Assembly: GCA_040396875.1 (NCBI GenBank)
Contig: JBBAWZ010000001.1
Coordinates: forward strand, 110,198-174,197
Length of the DNA: 64,000 bases
Reading direction: 5' to 3'
Origin: Bacilli bacterium
Lineage (GTDB): Bacteria > Bacillota_I > Bacilli_A > RFN20 > CAG-826
Shown here in pieces: positions 19,800-29,437 of the stretch. The translations under genes and the position numbers were made by a program. Below the pieces are notes generated by a model. The model made no database searches. It worked only from the letters and a program-made list of their open reading frames with translations, and was not told where the DNA came from. Each line of letters begins with the position of its first letter. Position 1 is the first letter of the stretch.

Positions 19800-20893
19800 T
19801 TCGCTTACTTTACGGTTCCCCATTTGATCCCATTCACCATGGTCATCTTGCGATGCTAAAAGCAGCTCAAACCCATATTCGCGCTGATGAAGTGACGTTG
19901 ATTATTACGAAGAATCCAAGATGGAAAAATGTTAACACAAATATTTTGGATCGTATTAATATGGTGAAACTTGCGATTGCCAATGATCCTTCTTTTCAAT
20001 TATCTTTATATGAAGTTGAAAAAGATGCCGTGATTAACTTTACCATCCACACCGTTCAACACTTCAAACAACTTTATCCTAACGATCAACTCTACTACCT
20101 CATCGGTGGTGATCAAGTTGAACAGTTTCATAAATGGAAAGATGCGGATAAATTAAAAACCTTCGTCCAACTGATTGCCTACCCTCGTCCTGGATCGTCC
20201 TTGGATCACCCAAATTGGCAACGCTATGGCATTCAAAAAATGTCAGGGCCCCTTTATCCGGTTTCCTCAACCAGCATTCGAAATTTAGAATCTTTAGCAA
20301 CACCCTTACCCGTGATTCAATACATCTTTCAACATCAATTGTATTTCGTTCCCAAGTTAAAAGCCTTTTATCAACCTGAACGTTTTGAACATGTTTATTC
20401 AACGGCCTCCCTTGCATATGATATCGCCCTACAAAACCAACAATCCCCTACCGATGCTTTCTTAGCCGCGATCCTTCATGACATAGCCAAAGATATGGAT
20501 GAAGAAGACGCCCGATCGTTGCTAGATGAATATGATACGGTCAATCAACCGGTGGAAAGTTATGCTTTACATCAATTTGTTGGCGCGATTCTCGCTCGGC
20601 AAGAGTTCAATATTAAACAAGATGGAATTTTAGAAGCGATTCGATATCACACCACTGGGAAAGCACAAATGGGACCGCTTGCACAAATTGTCTATGCTGC
20701 AGATAAAATTGAACCCACCCGTGGATATGATTCCAGTGCGCTGATTGCGGCATGCAAAAAACAATACCATGAAGGGTTCTTGATGGTGTTAAAAGAAAAC
20801 CTATTACACCTTAAGAAAAAGAAACACAAAATAACCAATCATTTAGTCAAAGAATGTATGGAATATTATTTAGGAGAAACTGATGGCAAATAA
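19796..20893 (+). CDS. nadD: fusion protein: nicotinate-nucleotide adenylyltransferase NadD (N-terminal) and HD-domain YqeK (C-terminal)
   Basis: N-terminus GSPFDPIHHGHL and SSTSIR (nucleotidyltransferase). C-terminal half has AILHDIAK and YHTTG...ADKIEPTRG (HD hydrolase, YqeK-like). One uninterrupted 365-aa frame. Confidence 0.8.
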   Translation: MIRLLYGSPFDPIHHGHLAMLKAAQTHIRADEVTLIITKNPRWKNVNTNILDRINMVKLAIANDPSFQLSLYEVEKDAVINFTIHTVQHFKQLYPNDQLYYLIGGDQVEQFHKWKDADKLKTFVQLIAYPRPGSSLDHPNWQRYGIQKMSGPLYPVSSTSIRNLESLATPLPVIQYIFQHQLYFVPKLKAFYQPERFEHVYSTASLAYDIALQNQQSPTDAFLAAILHDIAKDMDEEDARSLLDEYDTVNQPVESYALHQFVGAILARQEFNIKQDGILEAIRYHTTGKAQMGPLAQIVYAADKIEPTRGYDSSALIAACKKQYHEGFLMVLKENLLHLKKKKHKITNHLVKECMEYYLGETDGK

Positions 20894-21218
20894 ATCTTTA
20901 AAAACACTCGTTCTTTCTATCCTTGAAGACAAGCAAGCAGAAGAGATCAAAATCTATAATGTAAAAGGTAAATCGCCGATAACGGATTTTGTCATCGTCG
21001 CGTCGGCGAATAACTTTAGAAAACTAGATGCGATTATTAATCAACTTCGTAAGGATTTTATTCATCACCCAAAATACAAAGTTCATCACATTGAAGGTAA
21101 GCCAGAATCAGGTTGGATGGTGTTTGACCTCTATGATGTCGTTATTCACTTATTTGATCCGGCAAACCGTGAGAAGATGAAGTTGGATGAAATCTTGGAA
21201 AACCAAGTCAAAGCTTAG
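20883..21218 (+). CDS. rsfS: ribosome silencing factor RsfS
   Basis: 111 aa, TDFVIVASANNFRKLDAI...EGKPESGWMVFDLYDVVIHLF pattern, last gene of the yqe cluster. Confidence 0.85.
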   Translation: MANKSLKTLVLSILEDKQAEEIKIYNVKGKSPITDFVIVASANNFRKLDAIINQLRKDFIHHPKYKVHHIEGKPESGWMVFDLYDVVIHLFDPANREKMKLDEILENQVKA

Positions 21219-21236
21219 TAAGTTCGAAAACACTCT

Positions 21237-21264
21237 ACTTCGTATAATGTCTATTATGTTAACC
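21237..21264. other. dif: chromosome dimer resolution site dif (XerC/XerD target)
   Basis: ACTTCGTATAA-TGTCTA-TTATGTTAACC. By my count it is 22/28 identical to B. subtilis dif (ACTTCCTAGAATATATATTATGTAAACT) and 21/28 to E. coli dif (GGTGCGCATAATGTATATTATGTTAAAT), both from memory. XerD arm matches 9/11. It lies in the only large convergent intergenic region, at the + to - strand switch, 1.3 kb from xerD. Confidence 0.7.
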
Positions 21265-21381
21265 AAGTACTCAAATATGCTTATTTCATTGGGATTTAGA
21301 ATCAATTACGCAACGTATAATCAAAAGATTCAAATGATATTTATACTGACTTATCCACATGATTTATCTACTAAATTACTA

Positions 21382-22569
21382 CTAATTTAGAATCTCTAAA
21401 ATAGGTTTGCCGATTTGGTGTTTGGGTTGTTTGAGGTCGAAATTCTTAAGAATCGTACTCGACAAGTCGGCGAAGGTTGATCTTTCTTCTATGTTTTTTC
21501 CTTTGTTAAATTGTGGACTAAACATGATCAACGGAACCCGTTCACGAGTATGGTCAGTTCCAGTATGGGTTGGATCGTTTCCGTGGTCAGCAGTAATCAC
21601 TAATAAATCATCCTTTTTTATCAAGGGTAAAAGCTTACCTAATTGTTGGTCAAATTGTTCAATCGCTTTGCCATATCCTAAGGGGTCGCGGCGATGACCA
21701 AATTCGGAGTCAAATTCGACGAGGTTAATGAACGCTAAACCTTGGAAGTTTCTATGGGTCTCGGCAATCGTCTTTTCCATACCATCCTGGTTAGAGATTG
21801 TCTTTTGGGTTCGATTGACACCTTGACCATTAAATATGTCATTGATTTTACCAATGCAACTCGTGGTCAATCCAGCATCATGTAGAATATCCAATGCAGT
21901 ATGGAGACCAGGCGATAAAGCATAATCATGACGATTAGAGGTTCGTTTAAAGGTGTTGGCGTTTGCACCAATAAAAGGTCGGGCGATGATTCGACCCAAT
22001 AGATATTCTGGTTTCATGCAGATCTCACGCGCTGCTTCACAAATTCGATAAAGTTCTTTTAAAGGAATGACTTCCTCATGGGCCGCTAATTGCAGCACAC
22101 TGTCAGCGGAAGTATACAGGATAACTTTTTTCGTCCGCATGTGTTCTTCACCTAATTGTTTGATGATTTCAGTTCCACTTGCAGCCACGTTACCAATGAA
22201 TTGATGCCCAGTTTTTTGGGTGAGTTCTTCGATTAAGGCTTTTGGAAATCCATTGTCAGTGAAGGTTTTAAATGGTTTTTTGGTTTCTAAACCCATCAAC
22301 TCCCAATGCCCTGTCATGGTATCTTTTCCTGCGGATATTTCCCGCATGGTGGTGACATAGCTTTGAGGGTGTATTACTTTTTTAACACCAGGAATCGGTG
22401 ATAAATCCGCTAATCCTAAGGATTCTAAAAAAGGAATCTTTAAACCACCACAGCGTTGGGCGGTATGTAAAAAAGTATGGGTGCCTACATCACCAAAACG
22501 ATCCGCGTCGGGTAGCGCCCCCATGCCGACTGAATCCATCACAACGACAAAAATTCTTTTAAATTTCAT
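21382..22569 (-). CDS. deoB: phosphopentomutase
   Basis: 395 aa. MKFKRIFVVVMDSVGMG N-terminus, DHGNDPT and TDHTRE metal-site motifs. Confidence 0.9.
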   Translation of the reverse strand: MKFKRIFVVVMDSVGMGALPDADRFGDVGTHTFLHTAQRCGGLKIPFLESLGLADLSPIPGVKKVIHPQSYVTTMREISAGKDTMTGHWELMGLETKKPFKTFTDNGFPKALIEELTQKTGHQFIGNVAASGTEIIKQLGEEHMRTKKVILYTSADSVLQLAAHEEVIPLKELYRICEAAREICMKPEYLLGRIIARPFIGANANTFKRTSNRHDYALSPGLHTALDILHDAGLTTSCIGKINDIFNGQGVNRTQKTISNQDGMEKTIAETHRNFQGLAFINLVEFDSEFGHRRDPLGYGKAIEQFDQQLGKLLPLIKKDDLLVITADHGNDPTHTGTDHTRERVPLIMFSPQFNKGKNIEERSTFADLSSTILKNFDLKQPKHQIGKPILEILN

Positions 22570-22588
22570 AGGTTATCCTAATCTAATC

Positions 22589-23473
22589 TTACTTTCTTTT
22601 GGTGTATAAATCAAAGGCAGATAGGATTCTTTTTTCCGAAACATGCGTATAAATTTGGGTTGTAGATAAATGCGTATGACCTAACATCTCTTGAACCGCC
22701 CTTAAAGAAGCACCTTGTTCGAGTAAATGGGTGGCAAAGGAATGGCGAAGGGTATGGGGTGAAATAGAACTTTGAATCCCCACTTGTGCGGCATATTGTT
22801 TAATCCGCTTAAAAAAGAATTGTCGAGATAAGGGTTTTGCATAACGACTAATAAATAAATAAGGACTTTCCTCTTTAGGGTTGATAAACCGACGTTTTTC
22901 TAAATAGGCTTTGACTTGTTGTAAGGCATATTCCCCAATCGGGACTAGACGCGTTTTTTGACCCTTCCCAACAATGCGGATGGTAGCCTTGAGTACATTG
23001 ATATCGGCTTGCTTTAACTGAATCAGTTCTGACACTCTTAGTCCACTGGCATACATCACTTCCATCATCGCTTGATCTCTTAATCCATCCAAGGTTTCAA
23101 TATTGGGCGCGTTGAGTAAAGCTTCCATCTCTTCGGGTCGGATAACCTTGGGTAAAGACTTCATCATTTTAGGAGGCTTTACGGGAAGAATCGTTTGGGT
23201 AAAATGACCCTCTCTTTGTAAATATAAAAAGAAATTTTTGACGGTCGATAATCGACGATGAAGGGTGCTACTATTCATCCCTAACTTTGCCTGAAAGGTA
23301 ATGAAGTCTTTTAAATCAAAACTTTGTAAATCTTCTTGGACTTCTTTGGGGGGCGAAAAAGATAACGTAAACATCATCAAATCATGTCGGTAACTTTCTA
23401 AGGTTTTCTTTGATAAACCTTTTTCAATTACCAGGGTATTTAAGTATTGATCAATGAGTTCTGAAACTTTCAT
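22589..23473 (-). CDS. xerD: tyrosine recombinase XerD
   Basis: 294 aa with the catalytic R...HxxR...Y set (SGLRVSEL, HTLRHSFATHLLEQGASLRAVQEMLGH, TQIYTHV). Next to deoB as with B. subtilis ripX-drm. Confidence 0.85.
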   Translation of the reverse strand: MKVSELIDQYLNTLVIEKGLSKKTLESYRHDLMMFTLSFSPPKEVQEDLQSFDLKDFITFQAKLGMNSSTLHRRLSTVKNFFLYLQREGHFTQTILPVKPPKMMKSLPKVIRPEEMEALLNAPNIETLDGLRDQAMMEVMYASGLRVSELIQLKQADINVLKATIRIVGKGQKTRLVPIGEYALQQVKAYLEKRRFINPKEESPYLFISRYAKPLSRQFFFKRIKQYAAQVGIQSSISPHTLRHSFATHLLEQGASLRAVQEMLGHTHLSTTQIYTHVSEKRILSAFDLYTKRK

Positions 23474-23521
23474 TTATACTAAATATCTACTATATTATTA
23501 CTAATATAAGATACTTATCTA

Positions 23522-23722
23522 CTATTCCTTATCTTTTGTGATAAGCGTTTGAATTTTCTTTTCCGCATCTTGTAAGGCTTTTTCAACCGTTTTCATTAAG
23601 GCAGTTGCCTCTTCAAATAGCTTTAAGTTTTCTTGTAATGAAAGCTTACCGGATTCTAATGATTTTACAATCACTTCTATCCTCGCTAAACTTGCCTCAA
23701 CATCTAATGTTTTTTCTGCCAT
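23522..23722 (-). CDS. xseB: exodeoxyribonuclease VII small subunit
   Basis: 66 aa helical protein, LEEIVKSLE-like LARIEVIVKSLESGKLSLQENLKLFEEA, directly after xseA. Confidence 0.85.
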   Translation of the reverse strand: MAEKTLDVEASLARIEVIVKSLESGKLSLQENLKLFEEATALMKTVEKALQDAEKKIQTLITKDKE

Positions 23723-23726
23723 ACTT

Positions 23727-24920
23727 TTATCCTTTCTTCTTCACTTCACTCGTGAAGGTTCCGTCTTTTAATTGCGTGGTGATCAAGTCACCAATGTTGA
23801 CCTCTTTAAGTGAGTGCACAACTTCTCCATTTGCCAAGGTTGTTAAGGCATACCCTCGATCGATCACCGCAAAGGGTGATAGGGCATTTAAACTTGCACG
23901 GAATTGGTTAGCCTTCGCCTGCTGATTCTGTAATAAAGTTTTGATTGCTTGTTGTAAACGACTTTGAAAATTCTTGAGATTTTCCTTCTGCAATGTGTAC
24001 ATCGCAAGAGGGGTGACAAGCACTGGACGTTCTTGAAAGGCGTGAAGTTGCTTCTTTAATAATTGGATTCGAGTTTGCATCGCTTGGAGGGCTCGTTCCA
24101 AACTTGTATGGATATCTTGATACATATCTTCTTTATTTGGAACGGCAATTTCAGCGGCTCCCGTCGGTGTTGATACGCGTTTATCTGCGACTAGATCTAC
24201 CAATGACAAATTGATTTCATGTCCGATTGCGGCGATAGTAGGGACTGGGGAAAGGGCAACCTTACGAACCAGAGCTTCATCATTAAACGCGGATAGATCT
24301 TCTTCTGCACCACCACCCCTGGCAATAATTAACACGTCTAATGGAGTTTGATAGGCTAGGTTGAGCGCTCTGATTAAGTCTTTAGGGGCTAATAAACCTT
24401 GAACCAATGACGGAAAGAAAATCAGTTGGGCTAATGGATAGCGCCGGTGTAAGTTCGTGGTTAAGTCTTTTAACGCCGCAGAATCTCTTCCAGCAATGAT
24501 CCCAACTTGTGAAGGATACTTCGGTAATGGTCGCTTCTTATTGGCATCAAACAATCCTTCTTTTAATAACTTTTCTTTTAATTTTTGTAAGGCTAATAAT
24601 TGGTCACCTAAACCAAATAATTCAATTTGCTTGGCGTTTATTTGATAACTACCATCTTTTACGTAAACGGAAATGGCACCGGTCACCAAGACTTCATCAC
24701 CGTCTTTAGGAAGATACTTAGGATACGCACCATATAAGAAAAAGACCCCGCTAATCTTTGCTTCTTGGTCTTTCAATGAAAAATATAGTGCTTTTGGGTA
24801 TTGGCGGAAATTACTAATTTCACCTTTTAAAACGACTTGGCGAAAGGTGATTTCACCTTCAACGTGAGCTTTAATGGCTGTATTGATTTCTTTAATCGTA
24901 AGATACGATCGTGGTTCCAT
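23727..24920 (-). CDS. xseA: exodeoxyribonuclease VII large subunit
   Basis: OB-fold N-terminus (VVLKGEISNF) and GIIAGRDSAALKD...IIARGGG. The track start at 24977 overlaps nusB. ATG 24920 (MEPRSYLTIKE) lies 4 nt after the nusB stop and is preferred. Confidence 0.88.
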   Translation of the reverse strand: MEPRSYLTIKEINTAIKAHVEGEITFRQVVLKGEISNFRQYPKALYFSLKDQEAKISGVFFLYGAYPKYLPKDGDEVLVTGAISVYVKDGSYQINAKQIELFGLGDQLLALQKLKEKLLKEGLFDANKKRPLPKYPSQVGIIAGRDSAALKDLTTNLHRRYPLAQLIFFPSLVQGLLAPKDLIRALNLAYQTPLDVLIIARGGGAEEDLSAFNDEALVRKVALSPVPTIAAIGHEINLSLVDLVADKRVSTPTGAAEIAVPNKEDMYQDIHTSLERALQAMQTRIQLLKKQLHAFQERPVLVTPLAMYTLQKENLKNFQSRLQQAIKTLLQNQQAKANQFRASLNALSPFAVIDRGYALTTLANGEVVHSLKEVNIGDLITTQLKDGTFTSEVKKKG

Positions 24921-24924
24921 AGAT

Positions 24925-25335
24925 TCATAATACCTTATCGAGGATGGCGTTGATAAAGGCATAATCTTTTTCATCAACGAATTTCTTCGCTAACTTGATG
25001 GCATTATCAATCACGACTTTTTTATCAACATCTTTGACATATTGGTGATGGGAAACCGCTAATAAAAAAATAGCTTGGGTGAGCATATTTAATCGATCAA
25101 AGGTCCACTTCACCAAATGAGGATTAATCAAATTAATAATCGTGGTTTGGTGTTTGATTGCCATAAAGACAACCTCTTTTATATAGAGATCAATGTTGTC
25201 ATAAGGTTCTTCTAAAAGATCGACCATTAACTTCTCTAAATCAACAGTTAAATCGATTTTCGCCAATGTCAAAGCATTATAAATAAGGGTCATCGCCACT
25301 TCATGCGTTTGATTGCGAGTTAAGGGTTTATTCAT
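24925..25335 (-). CDS. nusB: transcription antitermination factor NusB
   Basis: 136 aa helical protein with RNQTHEVAMTLIY and W..DRLN motifs. asp23-nusB-xseA-xseB order as in Firmicutes. Confidence 0.85.
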   Translation of the reverse strand: MNKPLTRNQTHEVAMTLIYNALTLAKIDLTVDLEKLMVDLLEEPYDNIDLYIKEVVFMAIKHQTTIINLINPHLVKWTFDRLNMLTQAIFLLAVSHHQYVKDVDKKVVIDNAIKLAKKFVDEKDYAFINAILDKVL

Positions 25336-25378
25336 ACGAAAAATATTGTAGCATAGCGAGGTTTTAAATAGTGCAACG

Positions 25379-25717
25379 TTACGATAATTGTTCTAAATTG
25401 GCAACTTTAACATCGATACGAAATGGAACCATTTCGGTAAAGGCAGATAAGGAAGAAGCGATTTCTTCTTGGATGGCTAAACAGACCGCATTGATATTGG
25501 CATTCTTATTGAGTGAAACCGTCACTGCAACGGTTACCAATCCTTTTTTAATATTGACGGATATCGGTTTAAAAATATTAAACCTTGAGGTTTTAGAGGA
25601 GACTTTTGCGCCTCTGACTTTATTGGTAGCATATTCAGCGATTTGATAAAAGACTTGATAAGACAAGTTTAGATCACCGAGTTTAGAATAGTTATTGATG
25701 TGAACGTATTGTGCCAT
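25379..25717 (-). CDS. Asp23/Gls24-family alkaline shock protein (YqhY-like)
   Basis: 112 aa, typical Asp23 pattern (IAEYATNKVRGA ... V.V.V.V), position upstream of nusB. Confidence 0.75.
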   Translation of the reverse strand: MAQYVHINNYSKLGDLNLSYQVFYQIAEYATNKVRGAKVSSKTSRFNIFKPISVNIKKGLVTVAVTVSLNKNANINAVCLAIQEEIASSLSAFTEMVPFRIDVKVANLEQLS

Positions 25718-25734
25718 ATCTTTATTTTAACACG

Positions 25735-27705
25735 TTAATTTTTACCAAGGATGATGGAACCAACTTTTTTAGATAAAAGTTCTGCAGTCAGACCATAGTA
25801 TGCCATCACCACTGGTCCAGGAGCGGATTGACCATAGGTATCGATACCGATGTTAACATTGCCAATGCGATGCCAACCAAATGTCGATAAAGCTTCCAAT
25901 GTAATGGTTTTTTCTGGGTTCGGAAGTAACTTTTTTTGTTCAGATATAGGTAAGGTTAAAAATTGATTCATCGAAGGCATGGAAACAACACGAACTTGTA
26001 TTTGTTCATTCAATAAACGTTTTTGCGTATCGATTGCCAAGGATACTTCTGAACCGGTGGCAACAATCGTCCATGGGGTAAGATTCGAACTTCCAGATAC
26101 TTCATACGCGCCTAGTTTTGTTTTTTCAATAGAGGAACCAGGAAGTAAAGGAACACCTTGTCTGGTGAGAATAATGGCCGTTGGTCGCGAGGTTTCACCA
26201 ATCGCTTGTAACCAAGCGGCTAAGGTTTCATTCGCATCAGCGGGACGAATAACATTGAGATTAGGAATCGCTCTTAACATCGCGAGTTGATCAATCGGTT
26301 GATGGGTTGGACCATCTTCACCAAGAGCAACAGAGTCATGTGAGAAAACAAAGATAGAAGGAATGTGGCTGAGCGCCGCTAAGCGAATGGCAGGTTTCAT
26401 ATAGTCAGCAAAAGCTAAGAAGGTTCCGGTATACACACGAAGACCTCGGTGTAACATCATGCCGTTTTGGATTGAGGCCATCGCAAATTCTCGAATACCA
26501 AAATTGATATTTTTACCTGCTGGATTACCTGCTGTCATGTCGGTTGCATTGGTTAGTGTCGTCATCACCGATTTGGCAACGTCTGCACTACCACCGACCA
26601 GCATGGGCAAATGAGTTGATAGCGCGTTCAAAACTTGTAAGGATGAATTACGAGTGGCGTCTTTATAACCCACTGGAAAACTCATCAATGGCGAAGGTAG
26701 ATGATCCATAAATTGTAACGAATCGCCTTGCTTAAAGGTCTTGGCAATCTCAGGTTTGGATTGTTCAATGGTTTTCCATTGACGCATCCATTTCTTGAAT
26801 TTATTGTTTCCACGTTTACCGAAAGAACCACTTAAATGTTCATAAACTTCTTGCGGTACAAAAAAGTCAGGATGCGACCATCCATAACTTTGCTTCGCCG
26901 TCACGCCATCTTCTTGACCTAACGGGTTTCCGTGAACTTTATAGGTTCCTTGATTTTTAGAACCTTGACCGATGACAGTCTTCATCATAATCATCGTAGG
27001 CTTCGTTTGACTACGTTTCGCTTTGCGAATGGCTTTATCAAGTGAGACGATATCATTGCCATCTTCAACAACGATCACTTGCCATCCAGAAGCGATGAAA
27101 CGTTTTTTCACATCTTCTGAAAAAGACATCGCTAACGGACCATCTAATGTCACTTGGTTTGCGTCATAAATTAAAATCAATTTATTGAGTTGTTGATGAC
27201 CGGCAAAGGAAATCGCTTCTTGAGAAATACCTTCTTGTAAACAACCATCACCACTTAATACATAGGTGTAATGATCGATCAGTCCTTCTTGTGCATACAT
27301 CGCTCGTAAAGTGCGTTCTGCTAAAGCAAAACCAACTGCTTGACCGATGCCTTGTCCTAACGGACCCGTTGTTGCATCAACGCCTGGGGTTAAGTGCACT
27401 TCTGGATGGCCAGGGGTTTTACTTCCTAATTGACGAAATAATTTTAATTGTTCAATAGGTAAATCATAGCCAGCTAAATGCAAGATGCCGTAGAGAAGCA
27501 TACTCGCATGGCCCGCAGACAATACGAAACGATCACGGTTAATCCAATCCGGATTTTTAGGATCGCTTATTAAATGTTTACTAAATAATGTGTAGACAGC
27601 TGGTGCCGATCCAATTGGCATACCTGGATGACCGCTTTTAGCAGCATTGGTTGCATCAATCGCTAGCGCTCGTAAAGCAGTAATGCTTAGTTGTTCAATA
27701 TTCAT
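25735..27705 (-). CDS. tkt: transketolase
   Basis: 656 aa, TPP motifs (SGHPGMPIG, RDRFVLSAGHASMLLY, GDGCLQEG, EDGPTHQPI). Confidence 0.95.
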   Translation of the reverse strand: MNIEQLSITALRALAIDATNAAKSGHPGMPIGSAPAVYTLFSKHLISDPKNPDWINRDRFVLSAGHASMLLYGILHLAGYDLPIEQLKLFRQLGSKTPGHPEVHLTPGVDATTGPLGQGIGQAVGFALAERTLRAMYAQEGLIDHYTYVLSGDGCLQEGISQEAISFAGHQQLNKLILIYDANQVTLDGPLAMSFSEDVKKRFIASGWQVIVVEDGNDIVSLDKAIRKAKRSQTKPTMIMMKTVIGQGSKNQGTYKVHGNPLGQEDGVTAKQSYGWSHPDFFVPQEVYEHLSGSFGKRGNNKFKKWMRQWKTIEQSKPEIAKTFKQGDSLQFMDHLPSPLMSFPVGYKDATRNSSLQVLNALSTHLPMLVGGSADVAKSVMTTLTNATDMTAGNPAGKNINFGIREFAMASIQNGMMLHRGLRVYTGTFLAFADYMKPAIRLAALSHIPSIFVFSHDSVALGEDGPTHQPIDQLAMLRAIPNLNVIRPADANETLAAWLQAIGETSRPTAIILTRQGVPLLPGSSIEKTKLGAYEVSGSSNLTPWTIVATGSEVSLAIDTQKRLLNEQIQVRVVSMPSMNQFLTLPISEQKKLLPNPEKTITLEALSTFGWHRIGNVNIGIDTYGQSAPGPVVMAYYGLTAELLSKKVGSIILGKN

Positions 27706-29435
27706 TTTTTCTCCTTCACTTGAATCGATAATTCATCAAGTTGCTTTTTTTCAACCGTGTTTGGTGTACCTTCGAGTAACCCAACCATTTTAAGATTCTT
27801 AGGGAAAGCGATGACATCCTTTATGTTATCGGTACCTGTAAGAATCATAGTTAAACGGTCTAAACCAAAGGCAATGCCACCATGCGGTGGGGTTCCATAA
27901 TTAAAGGCTTGAATAAACCAACCAAATTTCTTCTGAATCGCTTCTTCACTCATGCCTAATAATGAGAAGATTTGTTTTTGAATGGCCTTATCATAAATTC
28001 TCATCGAGCCGCCACCTGCTTCATAACCGTTGATGACAAGGTCATAAGCCTGCGCAAGGACCTTCTTTGGTTGGGATTGTAATAGCGGTAAATGAATGTC
28101 TTGCGGTCGTGTGAAGGGGTGATGCGCGGCCACTAATTGCCCTTCATCATTCGTGTCAAATAATGGAAAGTCCGTTACCCATGCAATCGCAATTTTCTTT
28201 TCATCAACGAGATTTAATAATTTTGCTCCTCTTGTTCTTAAGATGCCCATTGCCGTATTTAAAACGGTGAGATCTGCATGAGAGGCAACGATATAGACAT
28301 CTCCTGGTTTTAAGTCTAATAAACGTTTAAGTTCTTCGACGGATTCTGGTGCAACAAACTTTAAGAAAGAACTTTGTAATTGACCTTGGTCGTGTTTAAA
28401 CATGACTAAACCTTTAATGCCAAAAGGTTTGACAAAGGTTACCCATTCATCAAGAACTTTTCTTGAAATGGTCGTTGAAGCATTAGGTAATTTTAAGCCC
28501 TTAATGTTCGTAAATTCAAAGCCAGCTTTTTCAAAGGCATTTTTTAAGATTGTCGGAACAATCGATAAAGGTAAATCAAATCGTAAATCGGGTTTATCTG
28601 TGCCATAAAGTGCCATCGCCTTTTCATAACTGAGGCGAGGAAAAGGTTGTGGTAATGAAAGACCTTTCACCGATTGAAAGACTTCTCGAAGTGCCGATTC
28701 CATGAAGGTTAAAAGTTCATCTTGGCTTAAGAAAGAAGCTTCAACGTCAATTTGTGTAAAGTCGGGTTGACGGTCTGCACGTAAATCTTCATCGCGAAAA
28801 CAACGGGCAATTTGGTAATAACGTTCTAGACCACCAATCATCAATAATTGTTTATAAATTTGCGGGGATTGGGGTAAGGCATAAAATGATCCGGGGGTTA
28901 ATCGTGAGGGTACTAAAAAATCTCGAGCTCCACCTGGAGTTGATAATGTTAATAAAGGTGTTTCAATATTGGTAAAATCATGTTTGGCAAAGAAAGCATG
29001 AAAAGCGGTCAAGATTTTGCTTCGCGTTATAAGGATATCTTGCATCGGTTTTCGCCGTAAATCCAAGTAACGATATTGCAAACGAATATCTTCTCCAGCA
29101 TCGGTGACATCATCAACAATTAAAGGTAGAGCTTCCGATTCATTGATAACCTTTAATGTGGTGACTTCGACTTCGATTTCGCCAGTTGGTAAATTGGTAT
29201 TTGCAACTGCTTTTTTGGTGATAAGACCTTGAATTTGAATCAAGTATTCATGCTTAATGTCTGGAACTTTGGTTGGATCTTTGATCATCAATTGAACAAT
29301 ACCGGAACGATCTCGTAAATCGATAAACATCAAAGAACCTAAATTGCGTTTACGTTGAACCCAACCGATTAAGGTTACAGATTGCCCAACATCTTTTAGG
29401 CGAAGGTTGCCATTGGTGTGACTACGATAAACCAT
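27702..29435 (-). CDS. aspS: aspartate--tRNA ligase
   Basis: 577 aa. OB anticodon-binding N-terminus and class II motifs (FRDEDLRADRQPDFTQID, GGGSMRI, GLDRL). Confidence 0.95.
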   Translation of the reverse strand: MVYRSHTNGNLRLKDVGQSVTLIGWVQRKRNLGSLMFIDLRDRSGIVQLMIKDPTKVPDIKHEYLIQIQGLITKKAVANTNLPTGEIEVEVTTLKVINESEALPLIVDDVTDAGEDIRLQYRYLDLRRKPMQDILITRSKILTAFHAFFAKHDFTNIETPLLTLSTPGGARDFLVPSRLTPGSFYALPQSPQIYKQLLMIGGLERYYQIARCFRDEDLRADRQPDFTQIDVEASFLSQDELLTFMESALREVFQSVKGLSLPQPFPRLSYEKAMALYGTDKPDLRFDLPLSIVPTILKNAFEKAGFEFTNIKGLKLPNASTTISRKVLDEWVTFVKPFGIKGLVMFKHDQGQLQSSFLKFVAPESVEELKRLLDLKPGDVYIVASHADLTVLNTAMGILRTRGAKLLNLVDEKKIAIAWVTDFPLFDTNDEGQLVAAHHPFTRPQDIHLPLLQSQPKKVLAQAYDLVINGYEAGGGSMRIYDKAIQKQIFSLLGMSEEAIQKKFGWFIQAFNYGTPPHGGIAFGLDRLTMILTGTDNIKDVIAFPKNLKMVGLLEGTPNTVEKKQLDELSIQVKEKK

Positions 29436-29437
29436 AC

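Noticed and set aside
21314-21359. Second CGTATAAT copy (21314-21321) and a perfect DnaA box TTATCCACA (21351-21359) in the same spacer as dif
   Set aside because: The 8-mer is essentially a TATAAT-like AT-rich word and the flanks do not match a XerD arm. A single 9-mer DnaA box is roughly what chance gives in 128 kb of two-strand sequence, and there is no box cluster or dnaA/dnaN context. Only worth revisiting if oriC mapping is ambiguous.
21187-21390. 67-aa + strand ORF spanning the rsfS end and the terminus spacer
   Set aside because: It starts inside rsfS, has no Shine-Dalgarno sequence, and its sequence is AT-rich filler. The region is better explained by the dif site.
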